Shown here: one piece after another, positions 1-50,703 of the stretch
Position numbering within the stretch: the stretch's first letter is position 1
How the letters are laid out: the number at the start of each line of letters is the position of its first letter
Assembly: GCA_964016885.1 (NCBI GenBank)
Contig: OZ024759.1
Span: 12,276,001 to 12,340,000, forward strand
Reading direction: 5' to 3'
Length of the DNA: 64,000 bases
From: Eledone cirrhosa
Lineage: Eukaryota
Program-made: the position numbers and the translations under genes
The notes under the pieces: model-generated
Seen by the model: the letters and a program-made list of their open reading frames with translations, nothing else
Databases searched by the model: none
What the model was told of the DNA's origin: nothing

Positions 1-3000
1 TCTGTTACAACAAAAAATACCCAGTCCTCACTGTAAAGTTGTAGTGTAGGTGTGTTACAACAAAAAATACCCAGTCCTCACTGTAAAGTTGTGTTGTAGG
101 TGTGTTACAACAAAAAACACCCAGTCCCCACTGTAAAGTTGTAGTGTAGGTCTGTTACAACAAAAGACACCCAGTCCTCACTGTAAAATTGTAGTGTAGG
201 TGTGTTACAACAAAAGACACCCAGTCCTCACTGTAAAGTTGTAGTGTAGGTCTGTTACAACAAAAAACACCCAGTCCTCACTGTAAAATTGTGTTGTAGG
301 TCTGTTACAACAAAAGTACCCAGTCCTCACTGTAAAGTTGTGTTGTAGGTGTGTTGCAACAAAAAACACCCAGTCCTCACTGTAAAATTGTGTTGTAGGT
401 CTGTTACAACAAAAAATACCCAGTCCTCACTGTAAAGTTGTAGTGTAGGTGTGTTACAACAAAAAATACCCAGTCCTCACTGTAAAGTTGTGTTGTAGGT
501 GTGTTACAACAAAAGACACCCAGTCCTCACTGTAAAGTTGTGTTGTAGGTGTGTTACAACAAAAGACACCCAGTCCTCACTGTAAAGTTGTGTTGTAGGT
601 GTGTTACAACAAAAGACACCCAGTCCTCACTGTAAAATTGTAGTGTAGGTGTGTTACAACAAAAAACACCCAGTCCTCACTGTAAAGTTGTAGTGTAGGT
701 GTGTTACAACAAAAGACACCCAGTCCTCACTGTAAAATTGTAGTGTAGGTGTGTTACAACAAAAAACACCCAGTCCTCACTGTAAAGTTGTGTTGTAGGT
801 GTGTTACAACAAAAAACACCCAGTCCTCACTGTAAAGTTGTAGTGTAGGTGTACAACAAAAAACACCCAGTCCTCACTGTAAAGTTGTGTTGTAGGTGTG
901 TTACAACAAAAAACACCCAGTCCCCACTGTAAAATTGTGTTGTAGGTCTGTTACAACAAAAAACACCCAGTCCTCACTGTAAAATTGTAGTGTAGGTCTG
1001 TTACAACAAAAAACACCCAGTCCTCACTGTAAAGTTGTAGTGTCGGTGTGTTACAACAAAAAACACCCAGTCCTCACTGTAAAGTTGTAGTGTAGGTCTG
1101 TTACAACAAAAAACACCCAGTCCTCACTGTAAAGTTGTAGTGTAGGTGTGTTACAACAAAAGACACCCAGTCCTCACTGTAAAATTGTAGTGTAGGTGTG
1201 TTACAACAAAAAACACCCAGTCCTCACTGTAAAGTTGTAGTGTAGGTGTGTTACAACAAAAGACACCCAGTCCTCACTGTAAAATTGTAGTGTAGGTGTG
1301 TTACAACAAAAAACACCCAGTCCTCACTGTAAAGTTGTGTTGTAGGTCTGTTACAACAAAAAACACCCAGTCCTCACTGTAAAGTTGTAGTGTAGGTGTA
1401 CAACAAAAGACACCCAGTCCTCACTGTAAAATTGTGTTGTAGGTGTGTTACAACAAAAGACACCCAGTCCTCACTGTAAAGTTGTAGTGTAGGTCTGTTA
1501 CAACAAAAAACACCCAGTCCTCACTGTAAAGTTGTAGTGTAGGTGTACAACAAAAAACACCCAGTCCTCACTGTAAAGTTGTAGTGTAGGTGTACAACAA
1601 AAGACACCCAGTCCTCACTGTAAAATTGTGTTGTAGGTGTGTTACAACAAAAGACACCCAGTCCTCACTGTAAAGTTGTAGTGTAGGTCTGTTACAACAA
1701 AAAACACCCAGTCCTCACTGTAAAGTTGTAGTGTAGGTGTACAACAAAAGACACCCAGTCCTCACTGTAAAGTTGTAGTGTAGGTGTACAACAAAAAACA
1801 CCCAGTCCTCACTGTAAAGTTGTAGTGTAGGTGTACAACAAAAGACACCCAGTCCTCACTGTAAAGTTGTAGTGTAGGTGTGTTACAACAAAAGACACCC
1901 AGTCCTCACTGTAAAGTTGTAGTGTAGGTGTGTTACAACAAAAAACACCCAGTCCTCACTGTAAAGTTGTAGTGTAGGTGTACAACAAAAAACACCCAGT
2001 CCTCACTGTAAAGTTGTAGTGTAGGTGTGTTACAACAAAAGACACCCAGTCCTCACTGTAAAGTTGTAGTGTAGGTGTACAACAAAAAACACCCAGTCCT
2101 CACTGTAAAGTTGTAGTGTAGGTGTGTTACAACAAAAGACACCCAGTCCTCACTGTAAAGTTGTAGTGTAGGTGTACAACAAAAAACACCCAGTCCTCAC
2201 TGTAAAGTTGTGTTGTAGGTGTGTTACAACAAAAAATACCCAGTCCTCACTGTAAAGTTGTAGTGTAGGTGTGTTACAACAAAAGACACCCAGTCCTCAC
2301 TGTAAAGTTGTAGTGTAGGTGTACAACAAAAAACACCCAGTCCTCACTGTAAAGTTGTAGTGTAGGTGTACAACAAAAAATACCCAGTCCTCACTGTAAA
2401 GTTGTGTTGTAGGTGTGTTACAACAAAAGACACCCAGTCCTCACTGTAAAATTGTGTTGTAGGTGTGTTACAACAAAAGACACCCAGTCCTCACTGTAAA
2501 GTTGTAGTGTAGGTGTGTTACAACAAAAGACACCCAGTCCTCACTGTAAAGTTGTAGTGTAGGTGTGTTACAACAAAAGACACCCAGTCCCCACTGTAAA
2601 GTTGTAGTGTAGGTCTGTTACAACAAAAGACACCCAGTCCTCACTGTAAAGTTGTAGTGTAGGTGTGTTACAACAAAAGACACCCAGTCCTCACTGTAAA
2701 GTTGTAGTGTAGGTGTGTTACAACAAAAGACACCCAGTCCTCACTGTAAAGTTGTAGTGTAGGTCTGTTACAACAAAAGACACCCAGTCCTCACTGTAAA
2801 GTTGTAGTGTAGGTGTGTTACAACAAAAGACACCCAGTCCTCACTGTAAAGTTGTAGTGTAGGTGTGTTACAACAAAAGACACCCAGTCCTCACTGTAAA
2901 GTTGTAGTGTAGGTGTGTTACAACAAAAAAGACCCAGTCCTCACTGTAAAGTTGTAGTGTAGGTGTGTTACAACAAAAAACACCCAGTCCTCACTGTAAA

Positions 3001-3905
3001 GTTGTAGTGTAGGTGTGTTACAACAAAAGACACCCAGTCCTCACTGTAAAGTTGTAGTGTAGGTGTGTTACAACAAAAGACACCCAGTCCTCACTGTAAA
3101 GTTGTAGTGTAGGTGTGTTACAACAAAAGACACCCAGTCCTCACTGTAAAGTTGTAGTGTAGGTGTGTTACAACAAAAAACACCCAGTCCTCACTGTAAA
3201 GTTGTAGTGTAGGTGTGTTACAACAAAAAACACCCAGTCCTCACTGTAAAGTTGTAGTGTAGGTGTGTTACAACAAAAGACACCCAGTCCTCACTGTAAA
3301 GTTGTAGTGTAGGTGTGTTACAACAAAAGACACCCAGTCCTCACTGTAAAGTTGTAGTGTAGGTCTGTTACAACAAAAAACACCCAGTCCTCACTGTAAA
3401 GTTGTAGTGTAGGTGTGTTACAACAAAAAACACCCAGTCCCCACTGTAAAGTTGTAGTGTAGGTGTGTTACAACAAAAAACACCCAGTCCTCACTGTAAA
3501 GTTGTGTTGTAGGTGTGTTACAACAAAAGACACCCAGTCCTCACTGTAAAGTTGTAGTGTAGGTCTGTTACAACAAAAGACACCCAGTCCTCACTGTAAA
3601 GTTGTAGTGTAGGTGTGTTACAACAAAAGACACCCAGTCCTCACTGTAAAGTTGTAGTGTAGGTGTGTTACAACAAAAGACACCCAGTCCTCACTGTAAA
3701 GTTGTAGTGTAGGTGTGTTACAACAAAAATCACCCAGTCCCCACTGTAAAATTGTAGTGTAGGTGTGTTATAACAAAAAACACCCAGTCCTCACTGTAAA
3801 GTTGTAGTGTAGGTGTGTTACAACAAAAAACACCCAGTCCTCACTGTAAAGTTGTAGTGTAGGTGTGTTACAACAAAAGACACCCAGTCCTCACTGTAAA
3901 GTGGT
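1..3905. repeat. 50-bp minisatellite, about 78 copies (runs off the window start)
   Basis: Unit TGTTACAACAAAA(A/G)ACACCCAGTCCTCACTGTAAAGTTGTAGTGTAGGTG, with 47-bp deletion variants. Confidence 0.97.
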
Positions 3906-4023
3906 CATGTAGGTGACACAACATTTTTGTCGTAATATTATCTCAACATTCTTGTCATAACATTCTCGTCACAATATTCTTGTCACAAACTTCAACAATG
4001 AAATGTTTTTCTCTTCTTCCTAG

Positions 4024-21518
<17,495 letters not shown>

Positions 21519-21535
21519 ACAAAAAAAACAGGTGA

Positions 21536-22078
21536 CATTTACCTGATAAATCTTAAACACACAGACAGACACGTTTACCTGATAAATCTTAAACACAGAC
21601 ACACGTTTACCTGATAAATCTTAAACAGACAGACACGTTTACCTGATAAATCTTAAACACAGATACGCACACAGTCACACACACACTCACACACACAAAC
21701 AAACAGACACACGTTTACCTGATAAATCTTAAATCCAGGTGCACACACTTACAGATACACACACAGTCGCACACAGTCACACACACGCACAGACAGTCAC
21801 ACACACTGATAGATACACACACACACACTGAGAGATACACACACAGTCACACACACACAGACAGTCACACACACACTGAGAGATACACACACAGTCACAC
21901 ACACACACAGAGACAGGCACACACACACACACACACACACACAGACAGTCACACACACACACTGACAGTCACACACAGAGACAGGCACACACACAGACAG
22001 TCACACACCGAGACAGGCACACACACACACTGACAGATACACACAGAGACAGTCACACACAGAGAGACACACACACAT
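21536..22078. repeat. About 35-bp repeats (TTTACCTGATAAATCTTAAACAC…) and CA-rich tract just after the SNX8 stop
   Basis: Five copies of the motif, then degenerate (CA)n. Confidence 0.85.
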
Positions 22079-22435
22079 GTTTGTGGATGACAGAAGCTAT
22101 TCACGTGGCTTCAAGAATATTTCAAGATGGTGAATTTAATCAGATCAGGCAACAAAAACAAAAACAATCAGAAAAAGTGGGTTCGGTGGGGCTGCAATTC
22201 TTTGATCTTATTTTATGCAATCTGCAAAGCTTAAGGAAATTATGATGGAATGTTGTCTTTCTTCCTGCTTTATAAAGAGTTGAATGATCAGGTTTGAGAT
22301 TAAAAAAACAAAGGTAAATTTCTTCGTCTCTTCCAAATTATGATCATGAATTTTAAACAAAGACCAAAAAAATATCTAATCCAGACAAGGCATAAAATGA
22401 TTTATATAATAATAATAATAATAATAATTTAGCCA

Positions 22436-25400
22436 GAGATAGGGTCAGTTTGTCTATAGCCCTTCCTGCTGACCATTGTGAGAGATTGGGTCAGTTTGTC
22501 TATAGTACTTCCTGCTGACCACTGTGAGAGATTGGGTCAGTTTGTCTATAGTTCTTCCTACTGACCATTGTGAGAGATTGGGTCAGTTTGTCTATAGTCC
22601 TTCCTACTGACCACTGTGAGAGATTGGGTCAGTTTGTCTATAGTACTTCCTGCAGACCATTGTGAGAGATTGGGTCAGTTTGTCTATAGTACTTCCTGCT
22701 GACCACTGTGAGAGATTGGGTCAGTTTGTCTATAGTACTTCCTGCTGACCATTGTGAGAGATTGGGTCAGTTTGTCTATAGTACTTCCTACTGACCACTG
22801 TGAGAGATTGGGTCAGTTTGTCTATAGTACTTCCTGCTGACCACTGTGAGAGATTGGGTCAGTTTGTCTATAGTACTTCCTGCTGACCATTGTGAGAGAT
22901 TGGGTCAGTTTGTCTATAGTACTTCCTACTGACCATTGTGAGAGATTGGGTCAGTTTGTCTATAGTACTTCCTGCTGACCATTGTGAGAGATTGGGTCAG
23001 TATGTCTATAGTACTTCCTACTGACCATTGTGAGAGATTGGGTCAGTTTGTCTATAGTACTTCCTACTGACCACTGTGAGAGATTGGGTCAGTTTGTCTA
23101 TAGTACTTCCTGCTGACCATTGTGAGAGATTGGGTCAGTTTGTCTATAGTACTTCCTACTGACCATTGTGAGAGATTGGGTCAGTTTGTCTATAGTACTT
23201 CCTACTGACCATTGTGAGAGATTGGGTCAGTTTGTCTATAGTACTTCCTACTGACCATTGTGAGAGATTGGGTCAGTTTGTCTATAGTACTTCCTGCTGA
23301 CCATTGTGAGAGATTGGGTCAGTATGTCTATAGTACTTCCTACTGACCATTGTGAGAGATTGGGTCAGTTTGTCTATAGTACTTCCTACTGACCATTGTG
23401 AGAGATTGGGTCAGTTTGTCTATAGTACTTCCTGCTGACCATTGTGAGAGATTGGGTCAGTATGTCTATAGTACTTCCTACTGACCATTGTGAGAGATTG
23501 GGTCAGTTTGTCTATAGTACTTCCTACTGACCATTGTGAGAGATTGGGTCAGTTTGTCTATAGTACTTCCTACTGACCATTGTGAGAGATTGGGTCAGTT
23601 TGTCTATAGTACTTCCTGCTGACCATTGTGAGAGATTGGGTCAGTTTGTCTATAGTACTTCCTGGTGACCACTGTGAGAGATTGGGTCAGTTTGTCTATA
23701 GTACTTCCTGGTGACCATTGTGAGAGATTGGGTCATTTTGTCTATAGTACTTCCTGCTGACCATTGTGAGAGATTGGGTCAGTTTGTCTATAGTACTTCC
23801 TGCTGACCATTGTGTGAGATTGGGTCAGTTTGTCTATAGTACTTCCTACTGTCCACTGTGAGAGATTGGGTCAGTTTGTCTATAGTACTTCCTGCTGACC
23901 ACTGTGAGAGATTGGGTCAGTTTGTCTATAGTACTTCCTACTGACCATTGTGAGAGATTGGGTCAGTTTGTCTATAGTACTTCCTGCTGACCATTGTGAG
24001 AGATTGGGTCAGTTTGTCTATAGTACTTCCTGCTGACCATTGTGAGAGATTGGGTCAGTTTGTCTATAGTACTTCCTGCTGACCATTGTGAGAGATTGGG
24101 TCAGTTTGTCTATAGTACTTCCTACTGACCATTGTGAGAGATTGGGTCAGTTTGTCTATAGTTCTTCCTACTGACCACTGTGAGAGATTGGGTCAGTTTG
24201 TTTATAGTACTTCCTACTGACCACTGTGAGAGATTGGGTCAGTTTGTCTATAGTACTTCCTACTGACCACTGTGAGAGATTGGGTCAGTTTGTTTATAGT
24301 ACTTTCTGCTGACCATTGTGAGAGATTGGGTCAGTATGTCTATAGTACTTCCTACTGACCATTGTGAGAGATTGGGTCAGTTTGTCTATAGTACTTCCTG
24401 CTGACCATTGTGAGAGATTGGGTCAGTTTGTCTATAGTACTTCCTACTGACCATTGTGAGAGATTGGGTCAGTTTGTCTATAGTACTTCCTGCTGACCAT
24501 TGTGAGAGATTGGGTCAGTTTGTCTATAGTACTTCCTACTGTCCACTGTGAGAGATTGGGTCAGTTTGTCTATAGTACTTCCTGCTGACCATTGTGAGAG
24601 ATTGGGTCAGTTTGTCTATAGTACTTCCTACTGTCCAGTGAGAGATTGGGTCAGTTTGTCTATAGTACTTCCTACTGATCACTGTGAGAGATTGGGTCAG
24701 TTTGTCTATAGTACTTCCTGCTGACCACTGAGAGATTGGGTCAGTTTGTCTATAGTACTTCCTACTGACCATTGTGAGAGATTGGGTCAGTTTGTCTATA
24801 GTACTTCCTACTGACCACTGTGAGAGATTGGGTCAGTTTGTCTATAGTACTTCCTACTGACCACTGTGAGAGATTGGGTCAGTTTGTCTATAGTACTTCC
24901 TGCTGACCATTGTGAGAGATTGGGTCAGTTTGTCTATAGTACTTCCTGCTGACCATTGTGAGAGATTGGGTCAGTTTGTCTATAGTACTTCCTACTGACT
25001 ATTGTGAGAGATTGGGTCAGTTTGTCTATAGTACTTCCTACTGACCACTGTGAGAGATTGGGTCAGTTTGTCTATAGTACTTCCTACTGACCATTGTGAG
25101 AGATTGGGTCAGTTTGTCTATAGTACTTCCTACTGACCATTGTGAGAGATTGGGTCAGTTTGTCTATAGTACTTCCTACTGACCATTGTGAGAGATTGGG
25201 TCAGTTTGTCTATAGTACTTCCTGCTGACCATTGTGAGAGATTGGGTCAGTATGTCTATAGTACTTCCTACTGACCATTGTGAGAGATTGGGTCAGTTTG
25301 TCTATAGTACTTCCTACTGACCATTGTGAGAGATTGGGTCAGTTTGTCTATAGTACTTCCTACTGACCATTGTGAGAGATTGGGTCAGTTTGTCTATAGT

Positions 25401-27489
25401 ACTTCCTGCTGACCATTGTGAGAGATTGGGTCAGTTTGTCTATAGTACTTCCTGCTGACCACTGTGAGAGATTGGGTCAGTTTGTCTATAGTACTTCCTG
25501 GTGACCATTGTGAGAGATTGGGTCATTTTGTCTATAGTACTTCCTGCTGACCATTGTGAGAGATTGGGTCAGTTTGTCTATAGTACTTCCTACTGTCCAC
25601 TGTGAGAGATTGGGTCAGTTTGTCTATAGTACTTCCTGCTGACCACTGTGAGAGATTGGGTCAGTTTGTCTATAGTACTTCCTACTGACCATTGTGAGAG
25701 ATTGGGTCAGTTTGTCTATAGTACTTCCTGCTGACCACTGTGAGAGATTGGGTCAGTTTGTCTATAGTACTTCCTGCTGACCATTGTGAGAGATTGGGTC
25801 AGTTTGTCTATAGTACTTCCTGCTGACCATTGTGAGAGATTGGGTCAGTTTGTCTATAGTACTTCCTGCTGACCATTGTGAGAGATTGGGTCAGTTTGTC
25901 TATAGTACTTCCTGCTGACCATTGTGAGAGATTAGGTCAGTTTGTCTATAGTACTTCCTACTGACCATTGTGAGAGATTGGGTCAGTTTGTCTATAGTAC
26001 TTCCTACTGACCACTGAGAGATTGGGTCAGTTTGTTTATAGTACTTCCTACTGACCACTGTGAGAGATTGGGTCAGTTTGTCTATAGTACTTCCTACTGA
26101 CCACTGTGAGAGATTGGGTCAGTTTGTCTATAGTACTTTCTGCTGACCATTGTGAGAGATTGGGTCAGTATGTCTATAGTACTTCCTACTGACCATTGTG
26201 AGAGATTTGGTCAGTTTGTCTATAGTACTTCCTACTGACCACTGTGAGAGATTGGGTCAGTTTGTCTATAGTACTTCCTACTGACCATTGTGAGAGATTG
26301 GGTCAGTTTGTCTATAGTACTTCCTACTGACCACTGTGAGAGATTGGGTCAGTTTGTCTATAGTACTTCCTGCTGACCATTGTGAGAGATTGGGTCAGTT
26401 TGTCTATAGTACTTCCTACTGACCATTGTGAGAGATTGGGTCAGTTTGTCTATAGTACTTCCTACTGACCATTGTGAGAGATTGGGTCAGTTTGTCTATA
26501 GTACTTCCTACTGACCATTGTGAGAGATTGGGTCAGTTTGTCTATAGTACTTCCTACTGACCATTGTGAGAGATTGGGTCAGTTTGTCTATAGTACTTCC
26601 TGCTGACCATTGTGAGAGATTGGGTCAGTTTGTCTATAGTACTTCCTACTGACCATTGTGAGAGATTGGGTCAGTTTGTCTATAGTACTTCCTACTGACC
26701 ACTGTGAGAGATTGGGTCAGTTTGTCTATAGTACTTCCTACTGACCATTGTGAGAGATTGGGTCAGTTTGTCTATAGTACTTCCTGCTGACCATTGTGAG
26801 AGATTGGGTCAGTTTGTCTATAGTACTTCCTACTGACCATTGTGAGAGATTGGGTCAGTTTGTCTATAGTACTTCCTACTGACCATTGTGAGAGATTGGG
26901 TCAGTTTGTCTATAGTACTTCCTGCTGACCATTGTGAGAGATTGGGTCAGTTTGTCTATAGTACTTCCTACTGACCACTGTGAGAGATTGGGTCAGTTTG
27001 TCTATAGTACTTCCTGCTGACCATTGTGAGAGATTGGGTCAGTTTGTCTATAGTACTTCCTACTGACCATTGTGAGAGATTGGGTCAGTTTGTCTATAGT
27101 ACTTCCTACTGACCACTGTGAGAGATTGGGTCAGTTTGTCTATAGTACTTCCTACTGACCATTGTGAGAGATTGGGTCAGTTTGTCTATAGTACTTCCTG
27201 CTGACCATTGTGAGAGATTGGGTCAGTTTGTCTATAGTACTTCCTACTGACCATTGTGAGAGATTGGGTCAGTTTGTCTATAGTACTTCCTGCTGACCAT
27301 TGTGAGAGATTGGGTCAGTTTGTCTATAGTACTTCCTACTGACCATTGTGAGAGATTGGGTCAGTTTGTCTATAGTACTTCCTACTGACCACTGTGAGAG
27401 ATTGGGTCAGTTTGTCTATAGTACTTCCTACTGACCATTGTGAGAGATTGGGTCAGTTTGTCTATAGTACTTCCTACTGACCATTGTGA
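22436..27489. repeat. 46-bp minisatellite, about 110 copies (5 kb)
   Basis: Unit GACCATTGTGAGAGATTGGGTCAGTTTGTCTATAGTACTTCCT(A/G)CT. Confidence 0.97.
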
Positions 27490-27562
27490 TGTTTCAATGA
27501 TATTTCCAACTTTGAAAATAATCTTGATTTCATAATTCTTTTTAATTTTGCAGATTTGATAC

Positions 27563-28475
<913 letters not shown>

Positions 28476-29339
28476 AGTTTGACAACGGGTGAGAAAGAAA
28501 ATTAAACATTAAAATATAAAGAGGAGGAAGGATGATGGTGACAAAAAAGTGTTTCAAAATCAAAAATAATTGTTACTTCATAGATTTTATTTTTTAATGA
28601 AAAGAAAATAATTAATTTTAAGAAATAATTTAATTAAGAAGAAAAAAAGAGAAAAAATAACATTTCTGAAGTTTAAAAGAAAAAAATTTTTTTTTCAATT
28701 TATGAAAAAGGAAAAAAAAAAAGAGAGAATCGCAACAAACTTCGAGAGAAAAATGAACTTGTTTTATTTATAGTTTCCATGTTTCATAATTATAGCTTGT
28801 CACTAAATTTTATTAACCTTCAGGAGGCTGATGTTTTTAATGAATTGCTTCCCTTGATACTGTATTAAGGGGAGATTACTCAATTGGCGACTTCAGTCGC
28901 CCACAACGCCAAGAAGATTAAATTAAAAAGAAAAAAAAGACACAAAGAAAAAATGTAATTATTTCTAAAATACTTGTAATTCTGTAAATAAAATGACCTG
29001 CTGAAGTCGGGACAGTTTTGCATTCGATATGATTACCAAAGTAAATCAATAGATTTAAAAATATAACTAAAAAAAAACAAGTGGAAAAGGAATAAATTTC
29101 AACTATATTTTAAGACCATATTCTTACCTTTGTGATTTTCACTTCATGTTCGGTGCAAAACAAAAGCAAAAAAAATTTGTTATTTTTCTATTAAAGACTT
29201 GAGACGATTAGTTTCAGTTTGATGTGTTTTTATCTTTAGTTTTTTGTAGTTTTTTTTTTTCATTGTATTCTGTGATTTATTGAATTGTTGTTGAGAGAAG
29301 ACGATAAAAATATGAAGTGTTTTAAGGCTGTTTTCCCTG

Positions 29340-31340
29340 CCATAGCAGAAGCTAGCTAGGTAACCATGTGGGGTCCCGTGATAGCCTATACCATACCATA
29401 GCATGGGCTAGCTAGGTAACCATGTGGGGTCCCGTGATAGCCTATACCATACCATAGCATAGGCTAGCTAGGTAACCATGTGAGAGGCCAGTAGGTAACC
29501 ATGTGGGGTCCCGTGATAGCCTATACCATACCATAGCATGGGCTAGCTAGGTAACCATGTGGGAGGCCAGTAGGTAACCATGTGGGGTCCCGTGATAGCC
29601 TATACCATACCATACCATAGGCTAGCTAGGTAACCATGTGGGAGGCCAGTAGGTAACCATGTGGGATCCCGTGATAGCCTATACCATACCATAGGCTAGC
29701 TAGGTAACCATGTGGGAGGCCAGTAGGTAACCATGTGGGGTCCCGTGATAGCCTATACCATACCATAGGCTAGCTAGGTAACCATGTGGGAGGCCAGTAG
29801 GTAACCATGTGGGATCCCGTGATAGCCTATACCATACCATAGCATGGGCTAGCTAGGTAACCATGTGGGAGGCCAGTAGGTAACCATGTGGGGTCCAGTG
29901 ATAGCCTATACCATACCATAGCATAGGCTAGCTAGGTAACCATGTGAGAGGCCAGTAGGTAACCATGTGGGGTCCCGTGATAGCCTATACCATACCATAG
30001 CATGGGCTAGCTAGGTAACCATGTGGGAGGCCAGTAGGTAACCATGTGGGGTCCCGTGATAGCCTATACCATACCATACCATAGGCTAGCTAGGTAACCA
30101 TGTGGGAGGCCAGTAGGTAACCATGTGGGATCCCGTGATAGCCTATACCATACCATAGGCTAGCTAGGTAACCATGTGGGAGGCCAGTAGGTAACCATGT
30201 GGGATCCCGTGATAGCCTATACCATACCATAGGCTAGCTAGGTAACCATGTGGGAGGCCAGTAGGTAACCATGTGGGGTCCCGTGATAGCCTATACCATA
30301 CCATAGGCTAGCTAGGTAACCATGTGGGAGGCCAGTAGGTAACCATGTGGGGTCCCGTGATAGCCTATACCATACCATACCATAGGCTAGCTAGGTAACC
30401 ATGTGGGAGGCCAGTAGGTAACCATGTGGTGTCCCGTGATAGCCTATACCATACCATAGGCTAGCTAGGTAACCATGTGGGAGGCCAGTAGGTAACCATG
30501 TGGGGTCCCGTGATAGCCTATACCATACCATAGGCTAGCTAGGTAACCATGTGGGAGGCCAGCTAGGTAACCATGTGGTGTCCCGTGATAGCCTATACCA
30601 TAGCATGGGCTAGCTAGGTAACCATGTGGGAGGCCAGTAGGTAACCATGTGGGGTCCCGTGATAGCCTATACCATACCATAGGCTAGCTAGGTAACCATG
30701 TGGGGTCCCGTGATAGCCTACACCATACCATAGCATGGGCTAGCTAGGTAACCATGTGAGAGGCCAGTAGGTAACCATGTGAGGTCCCGTGATAGCCTAC
30801 ACTACACCATACCATAGCATGGGCTAGCTAGGTAACCATGTGAGGTCCCGTGATAGCCTATACCATACCATACCATAGCATGGGCTAGCTAGGTAACCAT
30901 GTGAGAGGCCAGTAGGTAACCATGTGGGGTCCCGTGATAGCCTACACCATACCACACCAGCGGGTAACTAGGTAACCTTGTGGGGTCCTGTGATAGCCTA
31001 CACCATACCATACCAGCGGCTAGCTAGGTAACCATGTGGGGTCCTGCGATAGCCTACACCATACCATACCAGCGGCTAGCTAGGTAACCATGTCAGGGTC
31101 CTGCGATAGCCTACACCATACCATACCAGCGGGTAACTAGGTAACCTTGTGGGGTCCTGTGATAGCCTACGCCATACCATACCAGCGGCTAGCTAGGTAA
31201 CCATGTCAGGGTCCTGCGATAGCCTACACCATACCATACCAGCGGGTAACTAGGTAACCTTGTGGGGTCCTGTGATAGCCTACGCCATACCATACCAGCA
31301 GGTAACTAGTTAACCATGTGGAGATCCCATGATAGCCGTT
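29340..31340. repeat. Composite 74-79-bp tandem array with (TACCA)n sub-unit
   Basis: Modules GCTAGCTAGGTAACCATGTG / GGAGGCCAGTAGGTAACCATGTG / GGGTCCCGTGATAGCCTA(TACCA)n. Confidence 0.93.
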
Positions 31341-31623
31341 GCAGGAGCTAGGTAACGATGTGGGGGTCCCATGATAGACCCCATTAATTGTATGGTGTAG
31401 CCTATTTAATCTGTTACAGGTGGATACCCTTTTTAATTACTCCTTACAACACATGCAGAGATGGAGTGTAGTTACTCTAAACTGGATACCCATTTTGTCA
31501 CCTCTCACAACACACAGGGATATGGTGTACCTATACTAAACCCGATACCAACTCTTTTTGTTACCTCTTATGACAGACAGGGATATGTTGTACATACACT
31601 AAGCCTAATATCTCTTATGACAT

Positions 31624-31934
31624 GGAGGCATTGGGCTTGCAATCGAAAGGTGGTGAGTTCAACTCTCAGACCGGGTGATGTGTTGTTTCCTTGAGCAAGA
31701 CACGTTATTTCACATTGCTCCAGTTTACTCAGCTGTAGAAATGTGATGATAGGGACTCGGGTCCCTATCATTCCACTGCAAAGTGGTCGTGGAGGTGCCA
31801 CGGCAACAAAGCACCCAGCACTCACTGTAAATGAGGTTGGTGTTAGGAAGGGCATCCAGCTGTAGAAATCAAGCCAGAATCAGTTCCCGTCCAACCCTTG
31901 CAAGCAGGGAAAAGCGGACGTAAAATGATGATGA
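31624..31934 (+). mobile_element. tRNA-derived SINE with RTE-type tail
   Basis: Near-identical to the 35525 and 59857 copies. Confidence 0.85.
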
Positions 31935-32771
31935 CACACTCAGGGGTACAGTGTACCTATACTAAATCTGATACCACATGCACAGATACTGTAACTATTT
32001 CACACAGCATGCTTTTGTTAAGAAGACTTTATTTACACAGGAAATAATTCATCATATTTCTATTGTCAATTCCTAAAGAAATGATAAGGGTGTCATTGTG
32101 CCTGACATCTCTTGGGCATTTTCTTTTAAACCAGGCAGAGCCCATCCATCTCCAGATCTGGATAATACAACTGGTTTCTACCAGAAGCCCCAGTCATCAC
32201 CATTTAACATCTATTTTCCAGGGTGACATGTTATGAAACTAGGTAGGTGACCACCTCTTGCTTATATATTTCATTTTTTGGCTTGGTCTTCTATGGCTGG
32301 ATGCCCTTTAACACCAACCACTTTAACCTGTTGACTGCTGCCTATATTTTACACAGTTACAGTTGCTGGGTTTTTTTCCAGTAAAATGACTATTTTTTTA
32401 AAACAAACATTTATTAACAACACATATCTCACATCAATACACTCGTGACCACATCTAGCTTTGAAGTTATGAACTGTTAGAAAAGAGGTTAATACTTATA
32501 CACACACATGTATATAAAGAAAATTGAATTCTTGAATGTTATATTTTGAAAGTATGTTTTAATTAAACAATAAAGTCATAGACATTTTGAAAAGAACCAA
32601 AAAAAAAAAAAAAAATGGTCTAGGGAGAGTGTTTATTTCTATGGCGTTTTATGTTCTCAGTAATCAGTGGAGACTTCATATAAGAATGTTTTGCTTTACT
32701 GGATAGTTTGGTGTTGAAGTAAAGCCAGCCACAGGACAGTTTAACTGATTGAGGACGTGACGGAGGAAAAT

Positions 32772-50703
<17,932 letters not shown>

